A DNA stretch of 59,135 bases. Source: a virus (taxonomy: Duplodnaviria; Caudoviricetes). The notes under the pieces were generated by a model. The model searched no databases. It worked only from the letters and a program-made list of their open reading frames with translations, and was not told the DNA's origin. The position numbers and the translations under genes were made by a program. Of the stretch, positions 37,360 through 46,829 are shown one piece after another. The stretch's first letter is position 1. Each line of letters starts with the position of its first letter. Location: the IMG/VR virus record IMGVR_UViG_3300020055_000021, positions 1 through 59,135 of that record. One strand, written 5' to 3'.

Positions 37360-38030
37360 TGTTTAATCATGTAGAACTGGCGGAAGTATTTGAAGTCGAA
37401 GCAGTCACGGAGGATGGTACTCGAACCTATCCCACACCCAAAGGTAACTATCCGTCAGTTACTACTGTGATTGGTAAGAACCCAGAGAAAATGGCAGGTA
37501 TTATGCGCTGGCGTAAGCGTGTAGGTGAAGTGAAAGCAAACAAAGTATCTAAGAGAGCAACCTCTAGGGGCAATGACTTCCACCTGTTTGCAGAGCATTA
37601 TCTGAAGAACAATCATCCCACTGATGAGGACTTGACTGCAGCACCATTACCTGCTATGATGTTCTCAGCGGCGGTGCCTATTCTTAACAACATAAATAAT
37701 ATTTACTTACAAGAGGCAGTTCTTTATTCTGACTTGCTAAAGATTGCAGGTCGTGTTGATTGTATCGCTGAATACAATGGAGTGCTGTCAATCATAGATT
37801 TCAAAACCTCTGCGGAGAGAAAGAGACGCAAGTACATTTACGATTACTTTGTCCAGGAACAAGCATACGCATGTATGTTTTATGAGATGTATGGACTAGC
37901 ACCTAAGCAGCTAGTCACTATTATTGCTTGCGAAGATCTTGACATCCAAGTAGAGATTGAGAAACCTTGTAAAGAATATTATATTAAGTTACAAGAGTAC
38001 ATCGCACACTACTACAAAAACTATGCCTGA
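37359..38030 (+). CDS. PD-(D/E)XK exonuclease
   Basis: YPSVTTV, RG..FH, AGRVDC, IIDFKTS, Q..AY. Confidence 0.9.
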   Translation: MFNHVELAEVFEVEAVTEDGTRTYPTPKGNYPSVTTVIGKNPEKMAGIMRWRKRVGEVKANKVSKRATSRGNDFHLFAEHYLKNNHPTDEDLTAAPLPAMMFSAAVPILNNINNIYLQEAVLYSDLLKIAGRVDCIAEYNGVLSIIDFKTSAERKRRKYIYDYFVQEQAYACMFYEMYGLAPKQLVTIIACEDLDIQVEIEKPCKEYYIKLQEYIAHYYKNYA

Positions 38031-38274
38031 ACAACTGGAGGATAAATTTATGAGCACTGCGAAATTTTCGCAGGATGTTGAGCACATCGTCCTACATAAT
38101 GAGGACATGAATTATATTGATGCTGTTATTCATTACTGTGATATCAATGAGATTGAATTTGAAAGTGTATCTAAGTTACTCTCCAAACCATTGAAGGAGA
38201 AATTAAAACTAGATGCACAACGCCTAAATTATATGAAGAGAACCAGTCGTAGCGCAAAATTAGTACTAACATGA
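38023..38274 (+). CDS. gp33: late promoter transcription co-activator (T4 gp33-like)
   Basis: NYIDAVIHYC...KLLSKPLKEKL..DA..LN; synteny. Confidence 0.85.
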   Translation: MPEQLEDKFMSTAKFSQDVEHIVLHNEDMNYIDAVIHYCDINEIEFESVSKLLSKPLKEKLKLDAQRLNYMKRTSRSAKLVLT

Positions 38275-38666
38275 GTGATTTTTTCCAATCAGAAATGGTG
38301 AGGGGCGACATCCAGGAGATGACCGACCTCCAGATGTATTGTGTGCGGGCATCAACTATGCTGCCTGCACTTTCTCCTATCAAACTGAATGAATATTATG
38401 ATGTTCTCATCCAACTCATTGAGAAGCAGAAGACATTCTATTTCAGAATGAAACTGAGTGAAGATGAAGAAGCAAAGATGATGGTGAAAGTGATGAAAGA
38501 TTTCACCTATCAATTTGCTGGTGTTGATGATGAAGGTAATCCTACAGTTCCTGAAGGCACACCACTCGAAGAAGTGTTTGACACTCTAGTTGAAAGAGTG
38601 AAAGCACAAAAAGAATCCATTGCTCCCTATGTTGAGGAGCAACTACGTCTCCAAGAGGACGACTAA
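38271..38666 (+). CDS. DUF1825-like hypothetical protein
   Basis: FFQSEMV...LIEKQK.FYFRMKLSED.EA pattern. Confidence 0.7.
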   Translation: MSDFFQSEMVRGDIQEMTDLQMYCVRASTMLPALSPIKLNEYYDVLIQLIEKQKTFYFRMKLSEDEEAKMMVKVMKDFTYQFAGVDDEGNPTVPEGTPLEEVFDTLVERVKAQKESIAPYVEEQLRLQEDD

Positions 38667-38668
38667 TC

Positions 38669-38714
38669 AACTGGCACAGACCCCCTTGTCCCAGGACTGT
38701 GCCTGTATTATCAT
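38669..38714 (+). promoter_or_regulatory. box-type promoter of gp32
   Basis: AACTGGCACA, TTGTCC-17-TATCAT. Confidence 0.65.
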
Positions 38715-38765
38715 GTGTAAGTGCGGGACAAACAACGTACAACTAAGTAAAACAACCAAGTAACT

Positions 38766-39701
38766 ATGTCATTTTCAGACCTTAAGCGTAGCTCCACTGC
38801 CACTGACTTCGACTTCCTTCAGAAGGAACTTGAGTCTAAAGATGGTGGAGGTAGCGGTTATCCTGAGTTCAAACCAGCATTGAACAAGGAGAAGACTGGT
38901 GGTGGTGCTATCCTGCGCTTCCTACCTGCTCCCGCTGGAGAGTCAGCACCTGTTGTGAAACTCTTCCAGCATGTTTATCAGAATCAGGAGACTGGACAAT
39001 GGTTCATTGAGAACTGCCCTACCACACTCCAAGGTGTTGGTCCTGGCATCTGTCCCGTCTGTGATTCCAACCGAGACATCTACAAGAACAATCCTAAAGA
39101 AGTAGCACAGAAACTTGCTGCTGGTAAGTCTCGTAAGAAGAAGTACATTGCTAATGTACTGGTGATTAAAGACCCTGCTAATCCTCAGAACGAGGGTCAA
39201 GTTATGCAGTGGCGTTTCGGTCAGCAGATCTTTGATATTATCTCTCGCGCTATGAAACCTGAAGAAGGTATGGGTGATGAACCTATTCCCGTCTTCAACT
39301 TCTGGAAGGGTGCTAACTTCCGCCTTCGTATTACACTGAAGGGTTCTTACTGGAACTATGAGTCTTCTAGTTTCGAAGCACCTACAGCATTGTCTAACGA
39401 TGATGATGAACTGGAGAAGATTTACAACCAACTGTATCCTCTCGCTTCTATCGTTGATGAAGACCAGTTCAAGTCATACGATGACCTTGAACGTCGCTTT
39501 AATGATGTAGAGGGTAAGGGTCGTCCTGCTCCTCGTATTCAAGAGGAAGAGGATGAATTGTTTGGTGGCGGTGGGTTCAATGACCCTGACATCACTCTGT
39601 CAGCACCTGCACCTGAACCTGTCTCTGCTTTCCGTAGTCAGGTAGAGTCCAGCGAACCAACCAAGGATGCAGACTTTTTTGAATCTCTCCTTGCTGATTG
39701 A
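38766..39701 (+). CDS. gp32: single-stranded DNA-binding protein (T4 gp32-like)
   Basis: LRFLPA, ENCPTT, CPVC, NEG.V, GANF, NY..S.F; acidic tail. Confidence 0.95.
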   Translation: MSFSDLKRSSTATDFDFLQKELESKDGGGSGYPEFKPALNKEKTGGGAILRFLPAPAGESAPVVKLFQHVYQNQETGQWFIENCPTTLQGVGPGICPVCDSNRDIYKNNPKEVAQKLAAGKSRKKKYIANVLVIKDPANPQNEGQVMQWRFGQQIFDIISRAMKPEEGMGDEPIPVFNFWKGANFRLRITLKGSYWNYESSSFEAPTALSNDDDELEKIYNQLYPLASIVDEDQFKSYDDLERRFNDVEGKGRPAPRIQEEEDELFGGGGFNDPDITLSAPAPEPVSAFRSQVESSEPTKDADFFESLLAD

Positions 39702-39706
39702 TGAAC

Positions 39707-39775
39707 CAAAATTGAATAACTGATTTCATAATACCGGAAAAATTTTTTCCGGTATTTTTTTGTGTCAAAAGTTGA
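39707..39775 (+). repeat. 69-bp palindromic A-tract element, copy 2
   Basis: AATACCGGAAAAA-T-TTTTTCCGGTATT core; lies between convergent genes. Confidence 0.8.
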
Positions 39776-40441
39776 TCAAATTACAGTAGATTTGAGTCTG
39801 GTGTTTACGAAGTCAGATGAGTTAGTATACTGTGAGTTTCTCCTGAATGCATCAAGGAATGATTGTAGGTATTTCTTTTTCAGAATAAAGATTTGTCTCT
39901 TCTCTTCATTCTTTCTAACTTCCTCTTCCCACACAGTGATAGGTGTTGACACTGTGTTACCAGGCAAAGTAAATTGTGTTGAACCATTGTAGTAGGTAAA
40001 GTTACCATCGTAAAACTCTTTACCTACAATGATACCTTTTTTCTGTGCAAGAACATCAATATCATCTATTTTATATCCTGCCTTAACTTCTAATGTTTCG
40101 TAGTGATGGATGGTCTCGTATGGAGACTCGTATCTACTTTCTACATCTTTTTGTAATGTCTCCTCATCTAAAGGCCATTCATATACACCACGAATCATGT
40201 TGTTCGTCAATAAAATCACCCAATCGTAGAATGCATCTCCGTAGTATCTTTCAGCGAGTATGTCTACTCTATCTGTATCTTTGATAGTGTATTTGTTAAA
40301 AAATACTACGTTAGAAAATACTTTATCGTCTAGATTATATCTCTTAAAGAAATTTTTTGCAATAACAAAATCTCCCTCAGCAAATGGAAACTTGCTTGGT
40401 TTGCTGGCATAATCAATGTTTGGACTTAGATTAAAATACAT
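39776..40441 (-). CDS. gp53: baseplate wedge subunit (gp53-like)
   Basis: R.D.LA..YYGD..YDWVILLTNN, EWP, IHHYET. Confidence 0.9.
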   Translation of the reverse strand: MYFNLSPNIDYASKPSKFPFAEGDFVIAKNFFKRYNLDDKVFSNVVFFNKYTIKDTDRVDILAERYYGDAFYDWVILLTNNMIRGVYEWPLDEETLQKDVESRYESPYETIHHYETLEVKAGYKIDDIDVLAQKKGIIVGKEFYDGNFTYYNGSTQFTLPGNTVSTPITVWEEEVRKNEEKRQIFILKKKYLQSFLDAFRRNSQYTNSSDFVNTRLKSTVI

Positions 40442-41532
40442 TAGAAACTTACTCCTTTGCCCGTGTTAATTTCGTCTCTATAAACAAGTTTTGTTTCTGC
40501 AAATGATAAAGAAAGTAGTATGGAAACAGGAGCTCCATCTTTGTAAGTCATAAAGTTACCTTCACCTGTAAAGTTAACATTCATCGATGTGATAGCACAC
40601 TGTTTAAATTGTGATACATATTCATTTGGATTTCCACCAAGCATAAACGCTGGTTGCACTAAGAATGGAACCTTGATAAATCCACTCGCAACGTCAAATG
40701 TTCCATCATATGCTATGGATGGAAGCATAGCATATTTAAATATACTAATAATTTTTTTTATATCCTTTGCCTCATCTTCACTATGTGCAACTAATTTAAA
40801 ATTCAAATCAAATGATCTAAGATTAAATCCGGTGAATAACAATTCAGTATTAGGATTAATTACAATGCCTCTTGTGGAACCAAGAATGTCATTAATATTT
40901 AATCCATCACCCTGTCCCACTGCAGACAATGCCTGGAGTGCAGCTTTGGTTGCGCCAGTTATTGCTGCATCTTTTACACCTTGAGGAGAAGTTCTAACAT
41001 TATTTGATATTTTGTTTAGAAAATCTGTCAGATTATTACCCCCACTAGATGCAGTTGATAGAGCTCCGGCAGTTACATTTTGAATTGACTTTCCTCCCCA
41101 TTCAACACCATATTGCGATTGGATATCTTGAGGCATGTATAGGAGGACACGTTCTAGTTCTCCACCTCCAGCATCTTGACTATACTTAGCAGGTCTTGTA
41201 AACCCGGTTGTTAAATTACTGTTGTATCCAGCTGTACTGGTTCTACCAGATTTAGCTGCATTTTTTGTCTGAAATGGAGGAACATATTCATAAAATCTGA
41301 AAGACACATACGACTCTTTATCAGATCCTAATGCTAAATTTCTAGGATAAGTATAATATAATTTTTGATTATCTTTTCTTTCTTCGGTATTAACATTTAA
41401 ATTAGTTAAATATGTTTTTCTAACATTCACACCTCTTTCATCAAACTCTGCCGCCGGTAGAGTTTCTGTGTCAGCTGCTGCTGGTTGTGTAAGAGTATTG
41501 TGGCTTCGTCTTTCTGCTGAGGGATATGTCAT
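40441..41532 (-). CDS. gp48: baseplate tail tube cap (gp48-like)
   Basis: LYMP, NPNTELLF.G..LRSF, LSFAET; synteny. Confidence 0.85.
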   Translation of the reverse strand: MTYPSAERRSHNTLTQPAAADTETLPAAEFDERGVNVRKTYLTNLNVNTEERKDNQKLYYTYPRNLALGSDKESYVSFRFYEYVPPFQTKNAAKSGRTSTAGYNSNLTTGFTRPAKYSQDAGGGELERVLLYMPQDIQSQYGVEWGGKSIQNVTAGALSTASSGGNNLTDFLNKISNNVRTSPQGVKDAAITGATKAALQALSAVGQGDGLNINDILGSTRGIVINPNTELLFTGFNLRSFDLNFKLVAHSEDEAKDIKKIISIFKYAMLPSIAYDGTFDVASGFIKVPFLVQPAFMLGGNPNEYVSQFKQCAITSMNVNFTGEGNFMTYKDGAPVSILLSLSFAETKLVYRDEINTGKGVSF

Positions 41533-42212
41533 TACTTCACCATCTCCTTACTCTTCCTGTTGCCGTATCCGTCAATCATTCGTGTGCCTTTGATCTTGTC
41601 GTAGAATTTTTCATTAGTTTCCTGCCAAACATCTTCTTTTTTGTACGGAAACTTGAAACCTCTCACTCTGGTCACGAAATTCTCAACGGGTAAGAGGATG
41701 GCGGTGTCCCACTCATCAATGTGAAGGTCTAACATATAACCTTCGACATGCTTATCTAGATATTTATGGAAGCATATCTTAGGCATGTCTACTTTGCCTT
41801 TCATTAAATTTTGTACTGCCTTGATTCTTTTCTTTGGGTTCATGTAGTGTAAGTTAGCACCCACAAATTCTTTTCCTGGTAGTACCTTTACGACATAAAC
41901 AAGAGGGAATGTGTCATAGTATGGGAGGTACTTTGAGATTGCTTCGTACTCAAACATATACAGGTGACCCTCCACAGGATAGCGCCTAAGGACGTTGCCG
42001 TCCCCGCCTGGTTCTGGGTCACCTGCCTGCTCCCTAAGCACCTTAGAGGGGTCTTTGCGGTACTCTGAGGCGATGCTAGCGACCTTGCCCCTGTACCAGT
42101 CGTATGACTTGCTCTCTCCTTCTGTTGCCTCTGTTATTCGCTCGAATATGGTTCGTGTTCCCTTATTCTTTTTTATATTATTTCTCTGTACTTCTGCGAA
42201 TCCTGTTGCCAT
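41532..42212 (-). CDS. gp2: DNA end protector (gp2-like)
   Basis: MFEY...LPYYDTFPLV, GANLHY, FHKYL. Confidence 0.85.
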   Translation of the reverse strand: MATGFAEVQRNNIKKNKGTRTIFERITEATEGESKSYDWYRGKVASIASEYRKDPSKVLREQAGDPEPGGDGNVLRRYPVEGHLYMFEYEAISKYLPYYDTFPLVYVVKVLPGKEFVGANLHYMNPKKRIKAVQNLMKGKVDMPKICFHKYLDKHVEGYMLDLHIDEWDTAILLPVENFVTRVRGFKFPYKKEDVWQETNEKFYDKIKGTRMIDGYGNRKSKEMVK

Positions 42213-42216
42213 TGTT

Positions 42217-42654
42217 CTATACCTTTAAGTGATCTTCGGTGAGTATTTTGAATTTCATCTGCCTATCCTCACAGAAGTCCTCAGCGGCGTCCCACTTAGC
42301 GCGGTTCTTAATATAGGTTAGAACTTCTCTTTTCCAAGCAGCAGTTTTACGTTTTGGTTTCTCATTCGGTTTTTGAGTTTGTCTTTTGGGTTTAACTTCG
42401 ATGACATACTTCTCATACTTACCAGATTTTGTCAGTATCTTGATGTAGAAATCTGGGTAGTAACGATGAACTCTACCATCGATAGGTGATCTGTATGGAA
42501 TAATAATTTCTTCTGAACCCCACTCCACGATGCTTGAGGTATGGTCACAGAATATCATAAATTTCTTCTCCCACATAGACCTATAAATGATCCTTGTAGG
42601 GTTGCCACGATACTTCTTGGGATTAACTGGTTTGTATAACCCTGAGTATGCCAT
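42217..42654 (-). CDS. gp4: head completion nuclease (gp4-like)
   Basis: P.NP.KY.G, YRSMWE, WGSEE, RYYPDF, IEVKP. Confidence 0.93.
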   Translation of the reverse strand: MAYSGLYKPVNPKKYRGNPTRIIYRSMWEKKFMIFCDHTSSIVEWGSEEIIIPYRSPIDGRVHRYYPDFYIKILTKSGKYEKYVIEVKPKRQTQKPNEKPKRKTAAWKREVLTYIKNRAKWDAAEDFCEDRQMKFKILTEDHLKV

Positions 42655-42685
42655 AAATATAAATATAGTTCACGCTTTTATTTAT
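42653..42685. promoter_or_regulatory. divergent late promoters
   Basis: TATAAATA 42658-42665 (+) and ATAAATA 42679-42685 (-). Confidence 0.75.
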
Positions 42686-42686
42686 C

Positions 42687-43328
42687 GTGTCCAGAAGACT
42701 TAGCGAAGTTATAGAATCTATCGGGAAGCAGGGTGGTATTGCCTTGTCAACTGGATATAAGGTAGAGTTCGACTTCTCAAAAAGATCCACATCCGGTTTA
42801 CAAGCAAATCTTAAAAAATGTTTGCCAGGTAATGCTAAATTTGATGAAGATGGATTTATATCACTGGCATGTAGTGAGGCACAACTACCAAGTATTTCAT
42901 CTCAAACAGGAACTACTCAGGGATACTGGACTGGCGAAGGACAGGTAAACTTTGCCAATGGTAGAATTTTTACAGATACATCTCTAGGTTGGTATTGTGA
43001 CAAAAATATGTCACCTATGAGATTTCTACAAACATGGCACGATTACATTTATATTGATTATGGTAATGATTTTGTTGGACCTTCCGGGACAGTGAATCCT
43101 ACGCGAAGAAATAATACACAGGTACGATATCCAGAGCAATATCAGGCAACAATAAAAGTTACAAAACTAGATTTAGGTGATGAACCATCATTAGTAGTCA
43201 CTATGGTTGATGCCTTCCCATATTCTATTGATGCCACACCTCTTTCATATGGGACAAGTCAACTTGTAAATGTAAGTGCAAACTTTTATTTCTCCAAATA
43301 TTTTGTCGAATATGCTCCCAAAATTTAA
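42687..43328 (+). CDS. tail tube-like protein (gp19/gp54 family)
   Basis: C.EAQLP, F..W.DYI, DAFP.SI...L; position between gp4 and gp26. Confidence 0.75.
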   Translation: MSRRLSEVIESIGKQGGIALSTGYKVEFDFSKRSTSGLQANLKKCLPGNAKFDEDGFISLACSEAQLPSISSQTGTTQGYWTGEGQVNFANGRIFTDTSLGWYCDKNMSPMRFLQTWHDYIYIDYGNDFVGPSGTVNPTRRNNTQVRYPEQYQATIKVTKLDLGDEPSLVVTMVDAFPYSIDATPLSYGTSQLVNVSANFYFSKYFVEYAPKI

Positions 43329-43387
43329 ACTTCAATTCCATAAAACCGGAAAAAAATTTTCCGGTATTTTTTTGTCTAAAAAGTCGA
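43319..43387 (+). repeat. 69-bp palindromic A-tract element, copy 3
   Basis: ACCGGAAAA...TTTTCCGGT core; gapless with the other copies. Confidence 0.8.
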
Positions 43388-43416
43388 ATACATAAATATA
43401 GGACTTGAGCAATATT

Positions 43417-44136
43417 ATGGCATTACCAAAACCAGCAACACCTACTTACGAATTGACTTTACCGTCAACAGGAAAAATTATCAAATTTAGACCATTCCTA
43501 GTAAAAGAAGAGAAATTGCTTCTATTAGCAGATCAATCGGAAGACTTTAAACAAAAAAGACAAGCAATTAAAGATGTCATCAAAGCTTGTATTTTGAGTC
43601 GCATAAAAGTAGAAGAGTTGCCATATTTTGACCTAGAGTATATATTTTTACAACTTCGTGCTAGATCAGCGGAAGAATTTTTAGATTTGGAAATTACTTG
43701 TCGTGATGATGGCGAAACTAAGGTATCTCATCGCATTAACCTTTTAGAGGTTGAAGTTCAAGGAACGGAAGAAGAAAATCCCAACAAAATTATGTTATCT
43801 GAAAGTATGGGGGTTGTGTTAAATTATCCTAGTTTGGATGATTTTATCAATTTTGCTATGCTTGGAGAAACTCTAGATGAGACAAATGTTTACGATTATG
43901 TTGCATCTCGTATAGACCAAATTTTTGATGATGAAGAAGTTGTAGATGGTAATGAAGCCACAAAAAAAGATCTTCTTGAATGGGTAGATAATTTAACTTC
44001 GAAGCAACTTGCGAAAATTTCTTCGTTTTTCGAAAATTTACCAAAATTGCGTTATGAGTTTACAGTCACAAATCCTAGCACTGGTGTAGAATTAAAATAC
44101 GCTTTGGAGGGTTTGAAAGATTTTTTCGTCCTTTGA
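43417..44136 (+). CDS. gp26: baseplate hub subunit (gp26-like)
   Basis: MALPK...LPSTG...FRPFLVKEEK, FDLEYIFLQLRARS; late promoter at 43392. Confidence 0.92.
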   Translation: MALPKPATPTYELTLPSTGKIIKFRPFLVKEEKLLLLADQSEDFKQKRQAIKDVIKACILSRIKVEELPYFDLEYIFLQLRARSAEEFLDLEITCRDDGETKVSHRINLLEVEVQGTEEENPNKIMLSESMGVVLNYPSLDDFINFAMLGETLDETNVYDYVASRIDQIFDDEEVVDGNEATKKDLLEWVDNLTSKQLAKISSFFENLPKLRYEFTVTNPSTGVELKYALEGLKDFFVL

Positions 44137-44321
44137 TGTCCTATAATAATCTAGAAAATTATTTTAGGACAAATTTTATGTTAATGGAGGAACATAAATA
44201 TTCATTGACTGAAATTGAAAATATGATGCCGTTTGAGAGACAAATCTATGTTCTCTTGGTAAACGAATATATTAAGAAAAAAGAAGAAGAAATCAAAGCA
44301 CGGGAACAGCAGCGGAGATGA
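44133..44321 (+). CDS. gp51: baseplate hub assembly catalyst (gp51-like)
   Basis: NF.LM..HKYSLTEIENMMP.ER.IY. Confidence 0.88.
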   Translation: MMSYNNLENYFRTNFMLMEEHKYSLTEIENMMPFERQIYVLLVNEYIKKKEEEIKAREQQRR

Positions 44322-46807
44322 CACTAAAACGCTCGGGTATAAAATTAGTAACCTATAATGGTCGTATTCCGGGCGTCATTTACCTAGGAAAACCACGAAC
44401 TGCTGCCAGCAGAATGGCTGCAGCATTTGATAAAATGCAACAAGAGGCACTTGCCTCTACTGCAGGAGATATATTAAAAGATTTACTGAAAACTGATAAA
44501 ACGGCAAAAGAACTGGTTGCCAAAAATCCAGAATTGCCTCAAGCAATTGACCCAACCAAAATTAAGGTTATTAATAAGTCAACTGCTAGTGGTGATGGGT
44601 TAAAGTCAGTATTATCTAAAATAAACGTCGCATTTGGTGCAGCTGCATCAGCAAGAAGAAACTTTAAAGAGGCAGGTGGAGACCCTAAAAAATTAAGACG
44701 TGCTTATTTTTTCACCAAAACTCTGAAGTCTGAATTTGGTGGAGATTTAATACAACGCACAAAAGGTGCTTTTACTAATGTAAGAGATCCATTAACTGAT
44801 GCCGGTAGTAGTTCAGCAGAACGTTTGACTGCAGCAATCAACAAAAACATTGCTGAACGACCACAAATGGTCAAACAACCTGAAATGTTTAGCACTGGTG
44901 AATATAGCAATGACGGATTTGCAAAAATTAGTGAATTTGCTGATAAGGCAAAAAATGCAATTTTAGGGTTAGAACCCGGATTTGTGGAAATTGGCAAAAA
45001 TCAAGATTCTACAAAAAATTATATCACAAATTTAAACAAGTCATTATCACAAACAGTCAATAATATTGGCAGTTTTATTAAAAATAAAGATGCAACTAAT
45101 GATGTTCAGTTAGATTTATTTAACGAACAAAGAAAAGAAGCTGCAAATGCAAAAAGAGATGCAGAAGAAGCAGCATCCGACTCACAGCAAGATGTAGCAG
45201 ACACTTCAAGAGTTAGAGGAACAGGATTAGAGGTGAGTCCTTTAGGACTACCAAATATATTTGAAACTGCTCTAGATTTCGTGAGTGGTGATGATTTTAT
45301 GCGAGATGGCAATAGACGTGCTGGTAGGGTAGGAAGACGTGGTGCTAGTAGATTTGCGAGGAGAACAGCACTTAAATTAGGTGGTAAAAAAGCAGCAAAT
45401 TTGATAACTGGTAAAACAATAGTCAAATTTTTACGTCCTATCTTTAAGCGTATTCCTATTGTTGGTGGATTGATTGATTTTGTTGTGTCTCTCGCTTTAG
45501 GAGAACCAGTAGGTAGAGCAGCCGCAAAAGCAGTTGGTGCAACACTTGGTGGTGCTCTAGGAACTTTGGTTCCGATTCCTGGAGTTGGTACTGTTTTGGG
45601 TGGTATTGTTGGTGATTTAATTGGCGGTGCAGTTTATGATGCTGTTGCCGGAAAACCAGAAGAAGGAGAAGAAAAACTGTCTCAAGGTGGAGTTGTTGCT
45701 GGAGAGGCAGGTAACGAACTCATAGTACCACTGACATCAAAAAGAGGAAGATCTATAACATCCGGTCTAAAAGATGGTTCACCATTACCATTTGTGGGAC
45801 CATTCCTATCTGCAGCTGCAGGTATTATTCGTAATCCAATGTATTCTGGGTTGATGGGTCCGCTAATCAACCCAATATTACAACCTTTATTATCAGAATA
45901 TAATATTTCACCCAATCCTTCTGCTGGTAAGGAAATACAAGGAAATATGTTCCAAAAAGCTCAGGTAAAGGGCAAGCAGCAGGGTGGTGATATAACAACC
46001 AAGAAAAAGAAAAAGAATGCCTGGGAAAGATTTACTGATTGGTTAGGTGGTGCATGGAGAGGAATTACTAATTTCTTTACTGGTGGTGGAAATGATGATA
46101 GTATGAATACTGATGATACTGATGTAAGAATTACTGACCTGGGACCAAACAATCCGTTTTCTGGGTATAGTCCATTCGCAGCACCGGAACATGGCGAGTT
46201 AGTATTGTACAATATTCGTGAAATGGTAGAGATTTTGAAGAGAAATGGTGCTACTGATGAAGAAGCGATAAAGCTTGCTGCTGTAGGAATACATGAATCT
46301 GGTGGTGATCCAGATAATGATACTGACAAAAGTGGACTAGGTGCCAGGACAGGTGAATATTCAATCGGTTTATTCCAAATTAATTGGAACGTTCACAAAA
46401 CTTGGTTAAAAACTGTAGGTATAGAAGACCCAGATCAACTAAGAGACCCAGACAATAATGCAAGAGCAGCAATTAAAATATTAAGAGACGCTGGTAGTAT
46501 GATACCATGGGGAGCATGGCCAAAAGTTCAAGAGAAGGATTTAGAAGAAGCTAGAAGTGGACTTTCTGGTGGTGGTAACGATGTTATTACGCCACAATCA
46601 TTACCAGTTGAACGTTCTGTTGCTCCAACTGTTCAAACAATGAGTATGGACTTGGACCAGGAGTTAGGTGTTAGTGGAATGACACCATCAATTGTGTTTG
46701 TACCATATGTTGTCCAAGTTCCAGTCCCAGTGGAGAATGATGAACCTACAGTTATAGTAGAAGAAGGATTTACATTAAAAGATTTATATTCCATGAAGTT
46801 GTCATAA
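44318..46807 (+). CDS. gp29-like hub/tape-measure protein with lytic transglycosylase domain
   Basis: helical N-terminus, Gly-rich hydrophobic segment, HESGG...SIGLFQIN...N..AA..I...W. Confidence 0.75.
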   Translation: MTLKRSGIKLVTYNGRIPGVIYLGKPRTAASRMAAAFDKMQQEALASTAGDILKDLLKTDKTAKELVAKNPELPQAIDPTKIKVINKSTASGDGLKSVLSKINVAFGAAASARRNFKEAGGDPKKLRRAYFFTKTLKSEFGGDLIQRTKGAFTNVRDPLTDAGSSSAERLTAAINKNIAERPQMVKQPEMFSTGEYSNDGFAKISEFADKAKNAILGLEPGFVEIGKNQDSTKNYITNLNKSLSQTVNNIGSFIKNKDATNDVQLDLFNEQRKEAANAKRDAEEAASDSQQDVADTSRVRGTGLEVSPLGLPNIFETALDFVSGDDFMRDGNRRAGRVGRRGASRFARRTALKLGGKKAANLITGKTIVKFLRPIFKRIPIVGGLIDFVVSLALGEPVGRAAAKAVGATLGGALGTLVPIPGVGTVLGGIVGDLIGGAVYDAVAGKPEEGEEKLSQGGVVAGEAGNELIVPLTSKRGRSITSGLKDGSPLPFVGPFLSAAAGIIRNPMYSGLMGPLINPILQPLLSEYNISPNPSAGKEIQGNMFQKAQVKGKQQGGDITTKKKKKNAWERFTDWLGGAWRGITNFFTGGGNDDSMNTDDTDVRITDLGPNNPFSGYSPFAAPEHGELVLYNIREMVEILKRNGATDEEAIKLAAVGIHESGGDPDNDTDKSGLGARTGEYSIGLFQINWNVHKTWLKTVGIEDPDQLRDPDNNARAAIKILRDAGSMIPWGAWPKVQEKDLEEARSGLSGGGNDVITPQSLPVERSVAPTVQTMSMDLDQELGVSGMTPSIVFVPYVVQVPVPVENDEPTVIVEEGFTLKDLYSMKLS

Positions 46808-46829
46808 ATATCAAAGGGAGGTATTATCT

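Noticed and set aside
37359-38030. Cas4-like nuclease suggesting CRISPR
   Set aside because: No four-Cys cluster, no cas genes and no repeat-spacer array; it is the usual exonuclease beside phoH
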